Assembly: GCF_006345805.1 (NCBI RefSeq)
Contig: NC_043014.1
Span: 9,424,001 to 9,488,000 of the forward strand
DNA length: 64,000 bases
Direction: 5' to 3'
Source: Octopus sinensis
Lineage: Eukaryota
Part shown: positions 26,876 to 39,547 of the stretch, piece after piece
How the letters are laid out: each line of letters opens with the position of its first letter
How positions within the stretch are numbered: position 1 is the first letter of the stretch
Position numbers and translations under genes: made by a program
Notes under the pieces: generated by a model
Databases searched by the model: none
Seen by the model: only the letters and a program-made list of their open reading frames with translations
What the model was told of the DNA's origin: nothing

Positions 26876-27690
26876 TAATCATCCTAATTTCATAACGAAC
26901 TTGAAAATAAAATTACTTTTCAATTAAAAATTTACATGTCAATTTAAGCTCAATATATAGTACACTTCACTCATGATTTCAAACTAATATTCATCTTTTA
27001 AAATTGTTTCGCCAAGAATTGTTTTATAATATTATTTCTCGTCAAAATTGGAAAAAAATCAATCAACAATAATTTAGAATTAGAATAATAAATGTGAATG
27101 GGTAGTAACAACTCCAAGACAGTGAATTAAGAAAAATTAATCATGCATATCTTTCTATTATATATTAATCGAATTGGACATAAAATATTCATCATATCGA
27201 AATTTATTTGCTGAACAAGTACTTATTTTTTATTGAATACTTTCAAAATTGATTTTTTGCATTTGAAAAGTAAATCAACAAAAACGTAAAATTCTATAAA
27301 AAAAATTAAATATAAATGTAAGCAGACTGCTTTTAACACAAAATGATAGAAATATATTTGATGCAGTAATTTCTGACTGCCTTCATTAAATTCAAGTATT
27401 ATTGCTTTGTTGGCATTTCTACGGTTCGGTTCGTGTGTCGCATTGTTTTTTATATGACTTGTAACAATTTATAAGTTATGCTTTTTCATTTGCGTTTATA
27501 GTGTTACGAGTTTTGTGTCGGTAACTATTGTTTTTGTCCTAAAAATACTTCGTAGTTAAATACTCGACTAGCAGGTAAATGCGGATGTGTAAAGAACTTC
27601 ATTAACTGAATTTGGTAAGGCACAAGACAAGGAAGTGGGAGACCAAAAATATTTCAGATGGAGATGGTATTTCAATTACAAAACATTAAA

Positions 27691-28110
27691 GGCGCCGAGC
27701 TGGGTGAAATGTTAGCACGCCGGGCGAAATACGCAGCCGTATTTTGTCTGCTGCTACGTTCTGAGTTCAAATTCTGCTATGGTCGACTTTGCCTTTCATC
27801 CTTTCGGGGTCGATTAAATAAGTACCAGTTACGCACTGGGGTCGATGTAAACGACTTAATCCGTTTGTCTGTCCTTGTTTGTCCTCTCTGTGTTTAGCCT
27901 CTTGTGGGTAGTAAAGAAATAGGTATTTTGTCTGCCGCTACGTTCTGAGTTCAAATTCTGCCGAGGTCGACTTTGTCTTTCATCCTATCCGGGTCGATAA
28001 ATTAAGTACCAGTTACGCACTGGGGTCGATTTAATCGACTTAATCCGTTTGTCTGTCCTTGTTTGTCCTCTCTGTGTTTAGCCCCTTGTGGGTAGTAAAG
28101 AAATACGTAT
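27691..28110 (+). mobile_element. SINE family C array (head + 2 units)
   Basis: TSD GTATTTCAATTACAAAAC at 27667-27684 and 28107-28124. Confidence 0.9.
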
Positions 28111-28459
28111 TTCAATTACAAAACGTTATGTGAGTTGTAGCGTTCTAACAGATTAGAATTCAGGAGAAGTCTATTATGTTTCGAGATATTTCGTTCACTA
28201 GTACGCTTGTGGCTCGCAGAAAACATTCCAAATTGCTCCTGGTTAGTTGTTTCTGAAGAAACTCATTTAAATGTAGCACACTTGGTGGAAGTTATCGTTG
28301 TTGGTCAAACTTTATAGAGGTCAAGTTTTTTAGTGAAGAATTACGTTACTTTTGGTTTCATTTGTTTATTCCAGAACATGTCCAAGCTTAGTTTCCAACT
28401 GATTAGATCAAACTAATACATTTACTCCTGATTTTCACGCAAGTGGTGTGTGTGTACAG

Positions 28460-28493
<34 letters not shown>

Positions 28494-28500
28494 ACACACA

Positions 28501-28571
<71 letters not shown>

Positions 28572-30518
28572 TGATAAATCGCAGTGAAACTAATTTCTGT
28601 CGTAAACATATTCTAAGTCTATTAAAGTTGAATAGTAGTCGATTAGTTATTTATCTTTTGTTTCATAAACATATAATATTCCATTATTTGTTTAGAGTAA
28701 AATATTTTTCCACTACAATTAAAGTCGCTTCAGCAATAACTTAATCTATTCCCTTTAATACGATTATAAATCCTAATTTGCAAATCAATGCTGATGAGAA
28801 TTGATAATTAATAACCTTCAAATTTTTAATTATGCCTTCACTTATTGAGCTGCAATTTGAATGATACGGATTATTTCATCACCAAATTTGCGTGATGATG
28901 AAGATAAAGAAGGCTTACGATATGCGCCTGACACAGAGAAATATATTTGGCGTATAGTTTTGGTTATTTTTTTACTGAATAATTATTACAATTTTGTTAT
29001 TCAATGTCCACATTCATTGAAGGAATAAACGGTAATTGAAACATTAAATAAAATAATACAGATATAAAGAGGAGCAAGAATATATTGCGTTCCCATATAA
29101 AATTGTATTAAATAATGTCCTGCTTTTAACGGTGAAACGCGAAGTAGATATATCAATAAATAACCGAATGTATGCACTGTCCTAATATCTCTTTAAACCC
29201 CGCTCTCCGTAGGACTCAAACCTAATTCTCCTGCAATAAACGACTAATATTCTATCGTTAGAGCAAAGCAATTCTTCAAAATTTTCAGCTCATTTTATAT
29301 TTCTTAATACGAATATTTTACTACCGGTTTTTTCCTATCGAAGAGGGATTTTTAAAAAAAACTCAGTATATAAACCGTGTTGTAGCTTTTACCTCCTTCG
29401 AGTTCCATTGTTAAAATAGCGTATTAGTGTGCGTCTATCCAAGCTGCTCGATTTGTATGATGGTTTAATATAAATAGAGACCCGCATTCTTACCATTTAT
29501 TTTCAGATTATTTGCTTCATTTTCAGAACCGTATTCTTTCACATTAAAAAAATTGGTAATATTAGCATATGTGTTTAGTTGTGTAAGATCAGTCTCAGCA
29601 ATGATACTGTATATAGTATCTGGGGATTATATATTTAGGGAATATAAACTTAACGGATATTTGTCACATTTGTGGTTTTGCGGCCGACAAAGAATTGCCT
29701 GAAGAGCAATATGTAGAGTGTGTGTACCAGATAATAATGTCAGACAATATTTGTGATGCGAGTGCTAATCTTTACATATTGGAGGATCTGAGACGCAAAG
29801 AAAACTAAGAAAAGCTGCAAGAGCCAATCACTATCATCGCCATACGTTGAGAGAGTCAATAATGAAGCCCCACACACGTTTATATACACGAGGCAATGTA
29901 CGTGCATTTGGACTAAATTGCGGAATGCTTTTGAAAACATTTACGTCATTTGCACCTTGAAATTGTATTTTTCATGGCAAGGCCTAAGAAGATCATAACA
30001 CATTTCACAAAGCAATATCACAGAGTGATAGACAAACGTACACACATACATACATACACGTACACATATACATACACGTACACACATACATACACGTACA
30101 CTCTCAAGAACGTGCATACTCACACAGACAGACATATTTAGATGTGTGTATGGATATATGACGTAGATATGCATTTAAGTACCTATCTACATTCGTATAT
30201 AGCGGTGTAATGTTTCCCAACATGTTTATTCTGCCATAAACATACATTGTGTGTGCGTATGTGTGTGTACGTAGAGAGAGAGGGAAAGAGAGAGAGGGTG
30301 AGAGAGGGAGAGAAAGAGAGAGGGAAAGAGAGAGAAGTAAGAAGATATAGAAGAAAAAGGGTGTGAGCTGACAACGGGGACAGATATATACAAATTGTGA
30401 ACGAGTATATTTTACAAAGGATGGGACACAAATGGCACAACCACAGTCGTACTGTACCGGATTTAGATGAGATATCTATAATAATAATAATGATAATAAT
30501 AATACTAATAATAATCAT

Positions 30519-30800
30519 GTGTAGTACCAGGCAGTGGCTGTCCTTGCTTCTTAACTGATTGAAAGTGTTATCATGTACATTGTTTTGTCATGGTGGGAAA
30601 TATTCTGCTCAATACCACAGATTTGCTTTTCAGTCGGTTGACCTTAACCAGTTGAGCATGTCCCTTAGTGGCTGACGATATGTGCATCTCTGATCATGAG
30701 CAGAAGTAGTGGGGGAGCATCATAGCCATGTGTTGAGAGAGATTCTTTGGGGTCTGAATAATTCACCTCTGGAAATATGGGTGTTTCGTTCAACATCCTT
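30519..30800. repeat. Probable interspersed repeat next to an (ATA)n tract
   Basis: GC-richer block abutting TAA repeats; single copy here, family not established. Confidence 0.35.
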
Positions 30801-30956
30801 TTGTGCATGATGGACTACTCGACCCCAATGCGTAACTGGTACTTAATTTATCGACTTCGAAAGATGAAAGGCATTTGCATTCAGAACGTAACGGCAGACG
30901 AAATGCGGCTACGCATTTCGTCTGGCGTGCTAAGGGTTCTGCCAGCTAGAGCCTTA

Positions 30957-30958
30957 TA

Positions 30959-31020
<62 letters not shown>

Positions 31021-31130
31021 AATAATGATAATAATAATAATAACAATAATGATTATTATTATAATGATGATAATAATAATAATAATAATAATAATGATAG
31101 TAATAATAATGATGAAAATGATAATAATAA
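30957..31130. repeat. (ATG)n/(ATA)n trinucleotide repeat
   Basis: Directly visible; source of the poly-M/I and poly-H/Y ORFs. Confidence 0.97.
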
Positions 31131-32810
31131 AAACATATATTCCTTTCTATTTTAGGCATAAAGTTTGCTTATTTAATCCAAGGGATGAAAAACAGTGTCA
31201 GCCTTGGCCGAATTTGAATTCAGATGACGAAGTGTGGCCTAAACGCCACTGAGCATTTTGTCCGAAGTTATAATAAACCTGCCATGCCGTAGAATAATCG
31301 CAGGAATAATCATAAGACGCAGATAAGGGGGAAAAAAGGAGACATAAAGGATAGAATTTCGAAAGAAATTTGACTTAGACAGATCTTTATGTCTTGTCTG
31401 TGTTTGAGTGAATGAGTGAGTGTTTGTGTGTGTGTGTGTGTTTGCGTGCATGCGGACGTTTGTGTATGCGTTTTTGCATGGGGTTTTAGTTCCATTAAAT
31501 GGACAGTTAGCTTAGATGCATTTCAACACAGAAAGTAATGGAAGACATTAAGTCTGACGTTTTAATCTAAATAGATTTACATGTTTATTTTACTTTTTAT
31601 TCTAAAATTAGATTATAGAGCTTCCATAGTCGCTTGGCAATTCTCTCATTAAATTTGAGAAAACTGATAAAAACTATGGAATGCTTCTGCTGATAATGGT
31701 TTGTGAAAAATACGGTGCGATTGTCACGACAAGTAATGGAAAAACGTGTATCCAAACTGTAGGCTTCCGAAACAAAGTCACTGGTTTTAGATGGCACATG
31801 ATACAAATTAATGGCACATGATACAAATTAAACCAAGATTTTCTATCTCCACAGGATTTAGGAAACAAATGGTGCAGAAAATTTCATTTTGGAACGCACT
31901 CGATATCTCGGCTGTTCTAACTAAATTTCTGGTATTTGTGATTTCAAGTGTCTTTGCTTGCTCTTGATATAAAATGTAGGGCACTTTTCGTAGCAAGAAA
32001 CGAAATACTGCCAAGCGTATAGGTGATGCATGTGTCAACCTTTAAATGTTTGTAAACCTGAAGCAGAGAAGAAAATAAATTATACGGCAAGAAGTGGTTG
32101 CTTTAAAAGCAAGACAAAAATTGAATTGAAATTTGAAGGAGGGAAGTCACAAGTAATTCAATGTTGAATCTTCGAAATGTAATTCTGAATGCGGTTAGAG
32201 GAGGCGATTTTAAGTAGCTTAAAATGTTGTCAATTCATTTGGCGTTGAGATAATAACCAGCGTGTAGGACTTTTAATTACTGTAGAGGTGACATTACGGG
32301 TGATCGTAGATTACTGCTTGTAATTTAAGAATAGCTTTTACAACATTAGGAGCAACAAGTACTATAGTGGAGAATTCAAATAAAGACTAAGAAGAAACAT
32401 TGTATATAGCAATTATAATACATGACTGGCTTAGCACTTAAGTTGCTCAGAGAATTAACAACGTAGGTTGCTGAATTGTATATTTATGTCCTATTTCAAC
32501 AACTGTATCCTAATTTTCAAACACTCAAGTTTACACGCCAACTTTTCAGATGACTTGATTAGTGCAGAATTAGCAACTAACTTTCAGGTAGGTTTGGCAT
32601 AATATTTGAGTGGTTATTTGAGCGAATCATGAAAATCAACAGGTTGTTAGACTTTCTACAAGACGATACAGTCGACTCCCGCCCACTGGAAAATGATTTA
32701 CAGTAAAATTTCTGAAACCATAAAGGCTGAACGATTTACAACATCACGCGAACAGATATTTCATAAGCTTCGCTCAGTAGATCTTTTCAACGGTATTATG
32801 ACCCATATAA

Positions 32811-33230
32811 GGCGGCGAGCTGGCAGAAACGTTAGCACGCCGGGCGAAATGCTTAGCGCTATTTCGTCTGCCGCTACGTTCTGAGTTCAAATTCCGCCGA
32901 GGTCGACTTTGCCTTTCATCCTTCGGGGTCGATTAAAAAAGTACCAGTTGCGCACTGGGATCGATATAATTGACTTAATCCGTTTGTCTGTCCTTGTTTG
33001 TCCTATCTGTGTTTAGCCCATTGTGGGTAGTAAAGAAATAGGTATTTCGTCTGCCGCTACGTTCTGAGTTCAAATTCTGCCGAGGTCGACTTTGCCTTTC
33101 ATCCTTTCGGGGTCGATTAAATAAGTACCAGTTACGCACTGGGGTTGATATAATCGACTTAATCCGTTTTTCCTATCATTGTTTGTCCTCTCTGTGTGTA
33201 ACCCGTTGCGGGCAGTAAAGAAATAGGTAT
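32811..33230 (+). mobile_element. SINE family C array (head + 2 units)
   Basis: TSD GGTATTATGACCCATA at 32792-32807 and 33226-33241. Confidence 0.92.
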
Positions 33231-33589
33231 TATGACCCATAACTGTTTTCAAAGTTATTCCCATCTGAAGATCGACAATAAAAAGAAGGTTCACACCACA
33301 GGTTACATAAAAACTACACCAATGGAATAAATTTAGGCACAGTGATACAATAAGATTTAAATTAATTTCACTACTTATTCGCTCAGACTAAAAATATAAA
33401 ATGCATTCTGAATTTTACAACAAAATCTCCTTTGAGCTTAATATTTTGTAGTAAAAAGTAACTTAGAATTGAATTTGTTTGAACTAGTTAACATCACATG
33501 GACTCTGAAATCATGGACATTGGTAAAAGAAAAGCATATCTGCAAGTTTCCGTGAATGATTACCCACAAAGCAGAAATTAGATTAAATT

Positions 33590-34347
33590 CAATGACATTG
33601 TACGCTCCATTGACAAGTTGACATAGTACGTCCATTGATGATGTAGACATGTCCAAGATAGTCAAATAATTCACTGCTTTTTTGCGGAGGGGGTGTTTCC
33701 ACTGCATGGATTGCCTCAAATGATGAACACAACATTCATACTGGCTTAGGAAACGTTCAAAGCATTCAGCTGAATGTGCCTAAGGCAAAGTCAAATTTTT
33801 CCGTGATGTGATCAGCCTGGTGCGTCTTTTATGAAGTGTCAGAAGAGGCGTCACCCCCCCCCCGAACAGAAACATTCGTTATATCAAGTTTATACTGCAG
33901 AATATTCTCAGCCCTTTCACGGGATATGCTAATATCATTGCGCATTTGATTTATAGTCAATCTCCTGTCATCCATCAGCTTGTGGTGAACATGTTTTCCT
34001 CTGAGGTTGCAAGATCCCCGGAACTTGGTTCATTATCTAGACTCTCCCCACATTTCCTAAATTCAGCTGCCCCCTTTTGCACGACTGATAAAGCTCGAGC
34101 ATCAATCCCATAATCTAGTAACCATATCTGCAAGAATTCCTGGGGTTGGTGTTAAGTCTTTGTTTCTGTAGGTACTTGAAAAGACGACGATGCCAAATTT
34201 CATTCATTTTTTTTTAGCGAGATTTTCTCTGAACAATTAAATGGTTGCTTAGCTGTAAAGAAACAATTCAGTTGGTAAAAGGATTGTTGAAATACATTCA
34301 AAGATTCTTTCATAGTAATCTTATGAACATTTCAGCCCTCCTTCGTA
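33590..34347 (-). mobile_element. Decayed, internally deleted mariner element
   Basis: ATG ~34207: MNEIWHRRLFKYLQK..AAEFRK..MDDRRLTINQ..ISISRER..RQSMQWKHP; TIR-like TACGAAGGAGGGCTGAAATGTTC at ~34325-34347. Confidence 0.85.
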
Positions 34348-34692
34348 TTACACTTGAGTATAAGGCAGGTCATTACACAAAATTTTGGAAAACGATAGTA
34401 CTAGATGTTACAATGGATATTGTACCACAGACTTTCAGAAGCACGGTATACTATATGTTCATCAGACAAGAATGAATTCAACCTAACTGAAAAATATTTG
34501 TATCCCCTAAGGCTATTCTTATCCGTTTTCCTGATATCTTTGGAATATATTACAGGCAAAAAATTGTGGAATATATTATCCACTCAATTCGAAAGAACAC
34601 AAGATGTGTGCTTTATTGCTTCCATTTCCGGAATCCAGTTCGTTTAAAGAAATAGCAATTGATAATGGGGAATTGCGCGATATAGAGTAGTT

Positions 34693-34997
34693 ATCACGTG
34701 ATCACGTGACCAACCAGACCATCAGATGTTGTTACACATCGCTGGTCACAATGCGTTCGCATTGTTTTAGCCTTTGAATGACGCCACCCCGCTGGCTAAG
34801 CGAGCAGGCCAACAGAAGAAAGAATGGGAGAAAGAGTGGTGAAAGAGTACAGCAGGGATCACCACCCCCTGCCGGAGCCTCGTGGAGCTTTTAGGTGTTT
34901 TCGCTCAATAAACACACACAACGCCCGGTCTGGGAATCGAAACCGCGATCCTCCGACCGCGAGTCCGCTGCCCTAACCACTGGGACATTACGCCTCC
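34693..34997 (-). mobile_element. SINE family B, tail type 3
   Basis: Full head; TSD-like TAGAGTAGTTAT. Confidence 0.9.
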
Positions 34998-35175
34998 ACA
35001 TAGAGTAGAGTAGTTATACGCACAATAAATGTTGCATGAGATGATAGCGAATACAATTACCAAAATAAATTGTGGCCATATTTCTGGGAGAAGGTATGAA
35101 AAAGAAAACGGTCTCCGGTCGCTTACTCTTAATAGAAATATTAGAGATACTATTAAGTTACGTTGAGCATATTAT

Positions 35176-35548
35176 GGATGGAAGCACTCCGTCGGTTACG
35201 ACGACGAGGGTTCCGGTTGATCCGATCAACGGAACAGCCTGCTCGTGAAATTAACGTGTAAGTGGCTGAGCATTCCACAGACACGTGTACCCTTAACGTA
35301 GTTCTCGGGGATATTCAGCGTGACACAGAGAGTGACAAGGCCGGCCCTTTGAAATACAGGAAGTAAGAGTGAGAGAAAGTTGTGGTGAAAGAGTACAGCA
35401 GGGATCACCACCATCCCCTGCCGGAGCCTCGTGGAGCTTTTTTAGGTGTTTTCGCTCAATAAACACTCACAACGCCCGGTCCGGGAATCGAAACCGCGAT
35501 CCTACGACCGCGAGTCCGCTGCCCTAAGCACTGGGCCATTGCGACTCC
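35176..35548 (-). mobile_element. SINE family B, tail type 4
   Basis: Full head; flanked by a ~178-bp duplication (34998-35175 / 35549-35727). Confidence 0.9.
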
Positions 35549-35968
35549 ACATAGAGTAGAGTAGTTATACGCACAATAAATGTTGCATGAGATGATAGCG
35601 AATACAATTACCCAAAATAAATTGTGGCCATATTTCTGGGAGAAGGTATGAAAAAGAAAACGGTCTCCGGTCGCTTACTCTTAATAGCAATATTAGAGAA
35701 TCTATTAAGTTATGTTGAGCATATTATAATCACTGTTCACACAAAGGTACGTGTCTATTAACAATTACTGAAATTAGTGCCTCTATATGCTAACATACTA
35801 AGCAAAAGACTTACAAGAAAATGCCGATACATTGCAAGTCCCATCCGCAAGTCCCATCAAAGCTTTTATGCATATTAACGCAGAACAATTGAATAATTTT
35901 CTCAAGATTTGAAAGAGCATGCGCAAATGCGTTTCTTTAATGAAATAATTATCAATTAACCCATATAA

Positions 35969-36900
35969 GGCGGCGAGTTGGAAGAACCATTAGCACGCCG
36001 GGCGAAATGCTTAGCAGTATTTCGTCTGCCGTTACGTTCAAATTCCGCCGAGGTCGACTTTACCTTTCATCCTTTCGGGGTCGATTAAATAAGTACCAGT
36101 TACGCACTGAGGTCGATGTAATCGACTTAATCTGTGTCCGTCCTTGTTTGTCCCCTCTGTGTTTAGCCCCTTCTGAGTAGTAAAGAAATAAGTATTTCGT
36201 CTGCCGTTACGTTCTGAGTTCAAATTCCGCCGAGGTCGACTTTGCCTTTTATCGTTTCGGGGTTGATTAAAAAAGTACCAGTTACGCACTGAGGTCGATG
36301 TAATCGACTTAATCCGTTTGTCCATCCTTGTTTGTCCCCTCTGTGTTTAGCCCCTTCTGGGTAGTAAAGAAATAGGTATTTCGTCTGCCGCTACGTTCTG
36401 AGTTCAAATTCCACCGAGGTCGACTTTGCCTTTCATCCCTTTCGGGGTCGATTAAATAAGTACCAGTTACGCACTGGGGTCGATATAATCAACTTAATCC
36501 GTTTGTCCATCCTTGTTTGTCCCCTCTGTGTTTAGCCCCTTCTGGGTAGTAAAGAAATAGGTATTTCGTCTGCCGCTACGTTCTGAGTTCAAATTCCACC
36601 GAGGTCGACTTTGCCTTTCATCCCTTTCGGGGTCGATTAAATAAGTACCAGTTACGCACTGGGGGTCGAAGTAATCGACTTAATACCTATGTCTGTCCTT
36701 GTTTGTCCCCTCTGTGTTTAGCCCCATCTGGGTAGTAAAGAAATAAGTATTTCCTCTGAGTTTAAATTACACCAAGGTCGAATTTGTCTTTCATCATTTC
36801 GAGGTCGATGATTTAAGTACCAGTGAAATATTAGGGTCGATGTAATGGAATCAGCGCCTCCCTCAAAATGGCTACCCTTTTGGCAAACTTTGAAACCATT
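35969..36900 (+). mobile_element. SINE family C array (head + 4 units + diverged terminal unit)
   Basis: Four similar units, then a diverged unit with a different tail. Confidence 0.9.
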
Positions 36901-38266
36901 ATCGAATAAAACATAGATTCCCAATAAGTGCATAAATTGAAATATAAAGTTATGAATTATGGCCATGCCAGGCTTTTCAAAACGGACATGCCGGAGCAGC
37001 GTCCGGAAACCATGTTCGTAAAGATTGCATCATTCTGATAATGAATGACATTCGCCGGAAAATATGATTATTGTCATTTATTCATATTAAATGAGATAGA
37101 AATCCTTATTATGAAAATAAGTGAAATCATATTTGCGACAAATCTTCCATGCCGCAACACATTACTGTACAACAATTGTCTGAACAATGCCAGTAGATTC
37201 AATGTCCGCAAGTTTAGCGCTTTTGGCATATACTGATATATAATTGATGATAATGAGAAATGTGACGGGTCAGAAGGTTGCATTGGTTGTAGCCACGAAG
37301 CTTACGGACATGAAAAGGAAAGAAAATTTATCTCTAGTTTTGTGAAAACGCTAATAATCAATTACTAGATCAAACAAGTTTGGGAATTTAAAGATGATAC
37401 ATTGTAACAGGAATATGATGAAAATTAAGTTTGTTTTTATTTTATGTAAGTATATGCGTAGACGCTGCTAATGACACGTAATTCCTTTTATGACTAGATA
37501 TCTGTATGACCGACCAAACAAACATTTATGCGGTATATTCTGTCACAAATTAAGTGTGTGTATATGAGACAGTTAGTTATAATTTAGGTTAATAAGAGAG
37601 AGAGAAAAAGATGGTTTTTATAAGGAAGAGAGTAAAAGAGAGTTTTATAACGAAGAGAGAAAATGAGGCTTTTTATAACGAGACCCAGACTGATATAGTC
37701 TTCAGGGATATTTGATATGGTCTGAGATTTGAGCTGAAATTATGGCATTATAAAAGATGCGAGAAACTTCTAGAACATTTTTTTTTTCCAATTTGGCAAG
37801 AAAAGTATTGCGGTTCTGTCCATCATTTCTAATATCCATTACAACTGCAAAGCTGTAATATAGGTAAATGCAGTTTGTTAAATGTGTTTGGTTGTTATAG
37901 TTTGCTCTGAACGAATTAACAAGCGTAGACGCAAAGTTAATTTGAGATGCTCTGAGTCGAGACTGGTTAAAGAGCTCCTATGAACACGTGCCTTATCAAA
38001 GGAGAAATCGTATGAAATTACAAGGATTTTTATAGAAAAAATAGTGGGTGCATTCGAACGTGAAAAAGAGCACGTATTCTATATTCGGTTTTATCTAAGT
38101 AAATTCGACAAGCACATGCCTGAAGTGTAAGTAGCTTATAATTATGCTTATATGTGCATTATACAAACATCAATACACGTCCTTTCCCACCTACGGCCGT
38201 TTCTTATTAGTTTCTGAAACGGATACAAATTATACAAGAACATATATATATATATATATATATAGT

Positions 38267-38425
38267 GGAGTGGTTGTGTGGTAAGTAGCTTGTTTGCCAA
38301 CCACATGCTTCCGGGTTCAGTCCCACTGCGTGGGACCTTGGCCAAGTGTCTTCTACTATAGCCTCGGGCCGACCAAAGCCTTGTGAGTGGAATTGGTAAA
38401 CGGAAACTGAAAGAAGACCGTCGTA
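38267..38425 (+). mobile_element. SINE family A 5' half ending in long (TA)n
   Basis: Matches the family A head. Confidence 0.8.
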
Positions 38426-38547
<122 letters not shown>

Positions 38548-38570
38548 ATATCATATATATATTTTAATAT

Positions 38571-38613
<43 letters not shown>

Positions 38614-38703
38614 TTATTATATATATATATATAAATATGTATATATATTTATTAATATACATATATATAAATATGTATATATATTTATTAATATATATAT
38701 ATA

Positions 38704-39031
38704 TGGCTCAGTGGTTAGAGCGTCGAGCTTACGATCGTGAGGTTGTGAGCTCGAATCCCGGACCGGGCTGCGTGTTGTGTTCTCGAGCAAGGCACTTTAT
38801 TTCACGTTGCTCCAGTTCACTCAGCTGTAGAAATGAGTTGCGATGTCACTGGTGCCAAGCTGTATCGACCTTTGTCTTTCCCTTGGATAACACTGGTGGC
38901 GTGGAGAGGGGAGGCCGGTATGCATGGGCGACTGCTGGCCTTCCATAAACAACCTTGCCCGGACTTGTATCTAGTAAGGTAACTTTCTAGGTGCAATCCC
39001 ATGGTCATTCATGACCGAAGGGGGTCTTTAC

Positions 39032-39035
<4 letters not shown>
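38704..39035 (+). mobile_element. tRNA-derived SINE with CORE/V-like domain and a distinct tail
   Basis: TGGCTCAGTGG A box, GAGCTCGAATCCC B box; central domain as 6379-6630; head also at 62785-62880 (-). Confidence 0.85.
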
Positions 39036-39106
<71 letters not shown>

Positions 39107-39277
39107 CTAGATTATTTTATGCGCAACTCCATTGTCTCCCGAGACAAAAAGGATGCCAACAATATATATATACGCCAGATAAGCACATACATGAGAAACA
39201 AGGTGGAGAAAAGTGCTGCTCGAATACTGAAAATAGAGTAATATGGTTTATTAAAAGGAGCATAAAATCACCAAAAA

Positions 39278-39354
39278 TGTTAATCAAAGTTTCACATTCC
39301 CGTTCTTCGGAGAGATTTGCTTCGAAAGAAAACTGTCCAACGAACGGGAACGTG
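39278..39354. ncRNA. Inverted pair of HHR-like motifs (CCGANGA family)
   Basis: Minus: CTCT-CCGAAGA-ACGGGAATGT-GAAAC TTTGA TTA-ACA; plus: CTGT-CCAACGA-ACGGGAACGT-GA (truncated). Confidence 0.5.
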
Positions 39355-39502
39355 ATAGTCTTTGTGATTCTTTGGGTGTTTTTAATGAGACATTTAGAAA
39401 TTTAATATTTCTGATTACGGTGATCAGTGAATGGATTTCACTGTAAATATATATGTTTGTGAAGGCTGGCCGGCTGGCTCCTCAATCAGCAGATCTCACT
39501 AT

Positions 39503-39547
39503 CCTGGACTGATGACGGTAAGACCCAGAAACATGCATGTCCTCAGG
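39503..39547 (+). ncRNA. Type-I hammerhead ribozyme motif with intact core
   Basis: CCTGGA-CTGATGA-CGGT AAG ACC CA-GAAAC ATGCAT GTC-CTCAGG; palindromic helix III ACATGCATGT; closing pairs of helices I and II mismatched. Confidence 0.7.

Noticed and set aside
30881-31252. Poly-His/Tyr and poly-Met/Ile ORFs
   Set aside because: Trinucleotide repeat plus SINE fragments.
31840-31940. Possible exon after TTTTCTATCTCCACAG
   Set aside because: Weak donor, no recognisable peptide and no partner exons.
32150-32720. Possible very old mariner (WFQKF, PVDFHD on minus strand)
   Set aside because: Only two short motifs; boundaries not definable.
35969-36755. CRISPR-like array
   Set aside because: Whole ~180-bp units repeat with no unique spacers; eukaryotic SINE; no cas genes.
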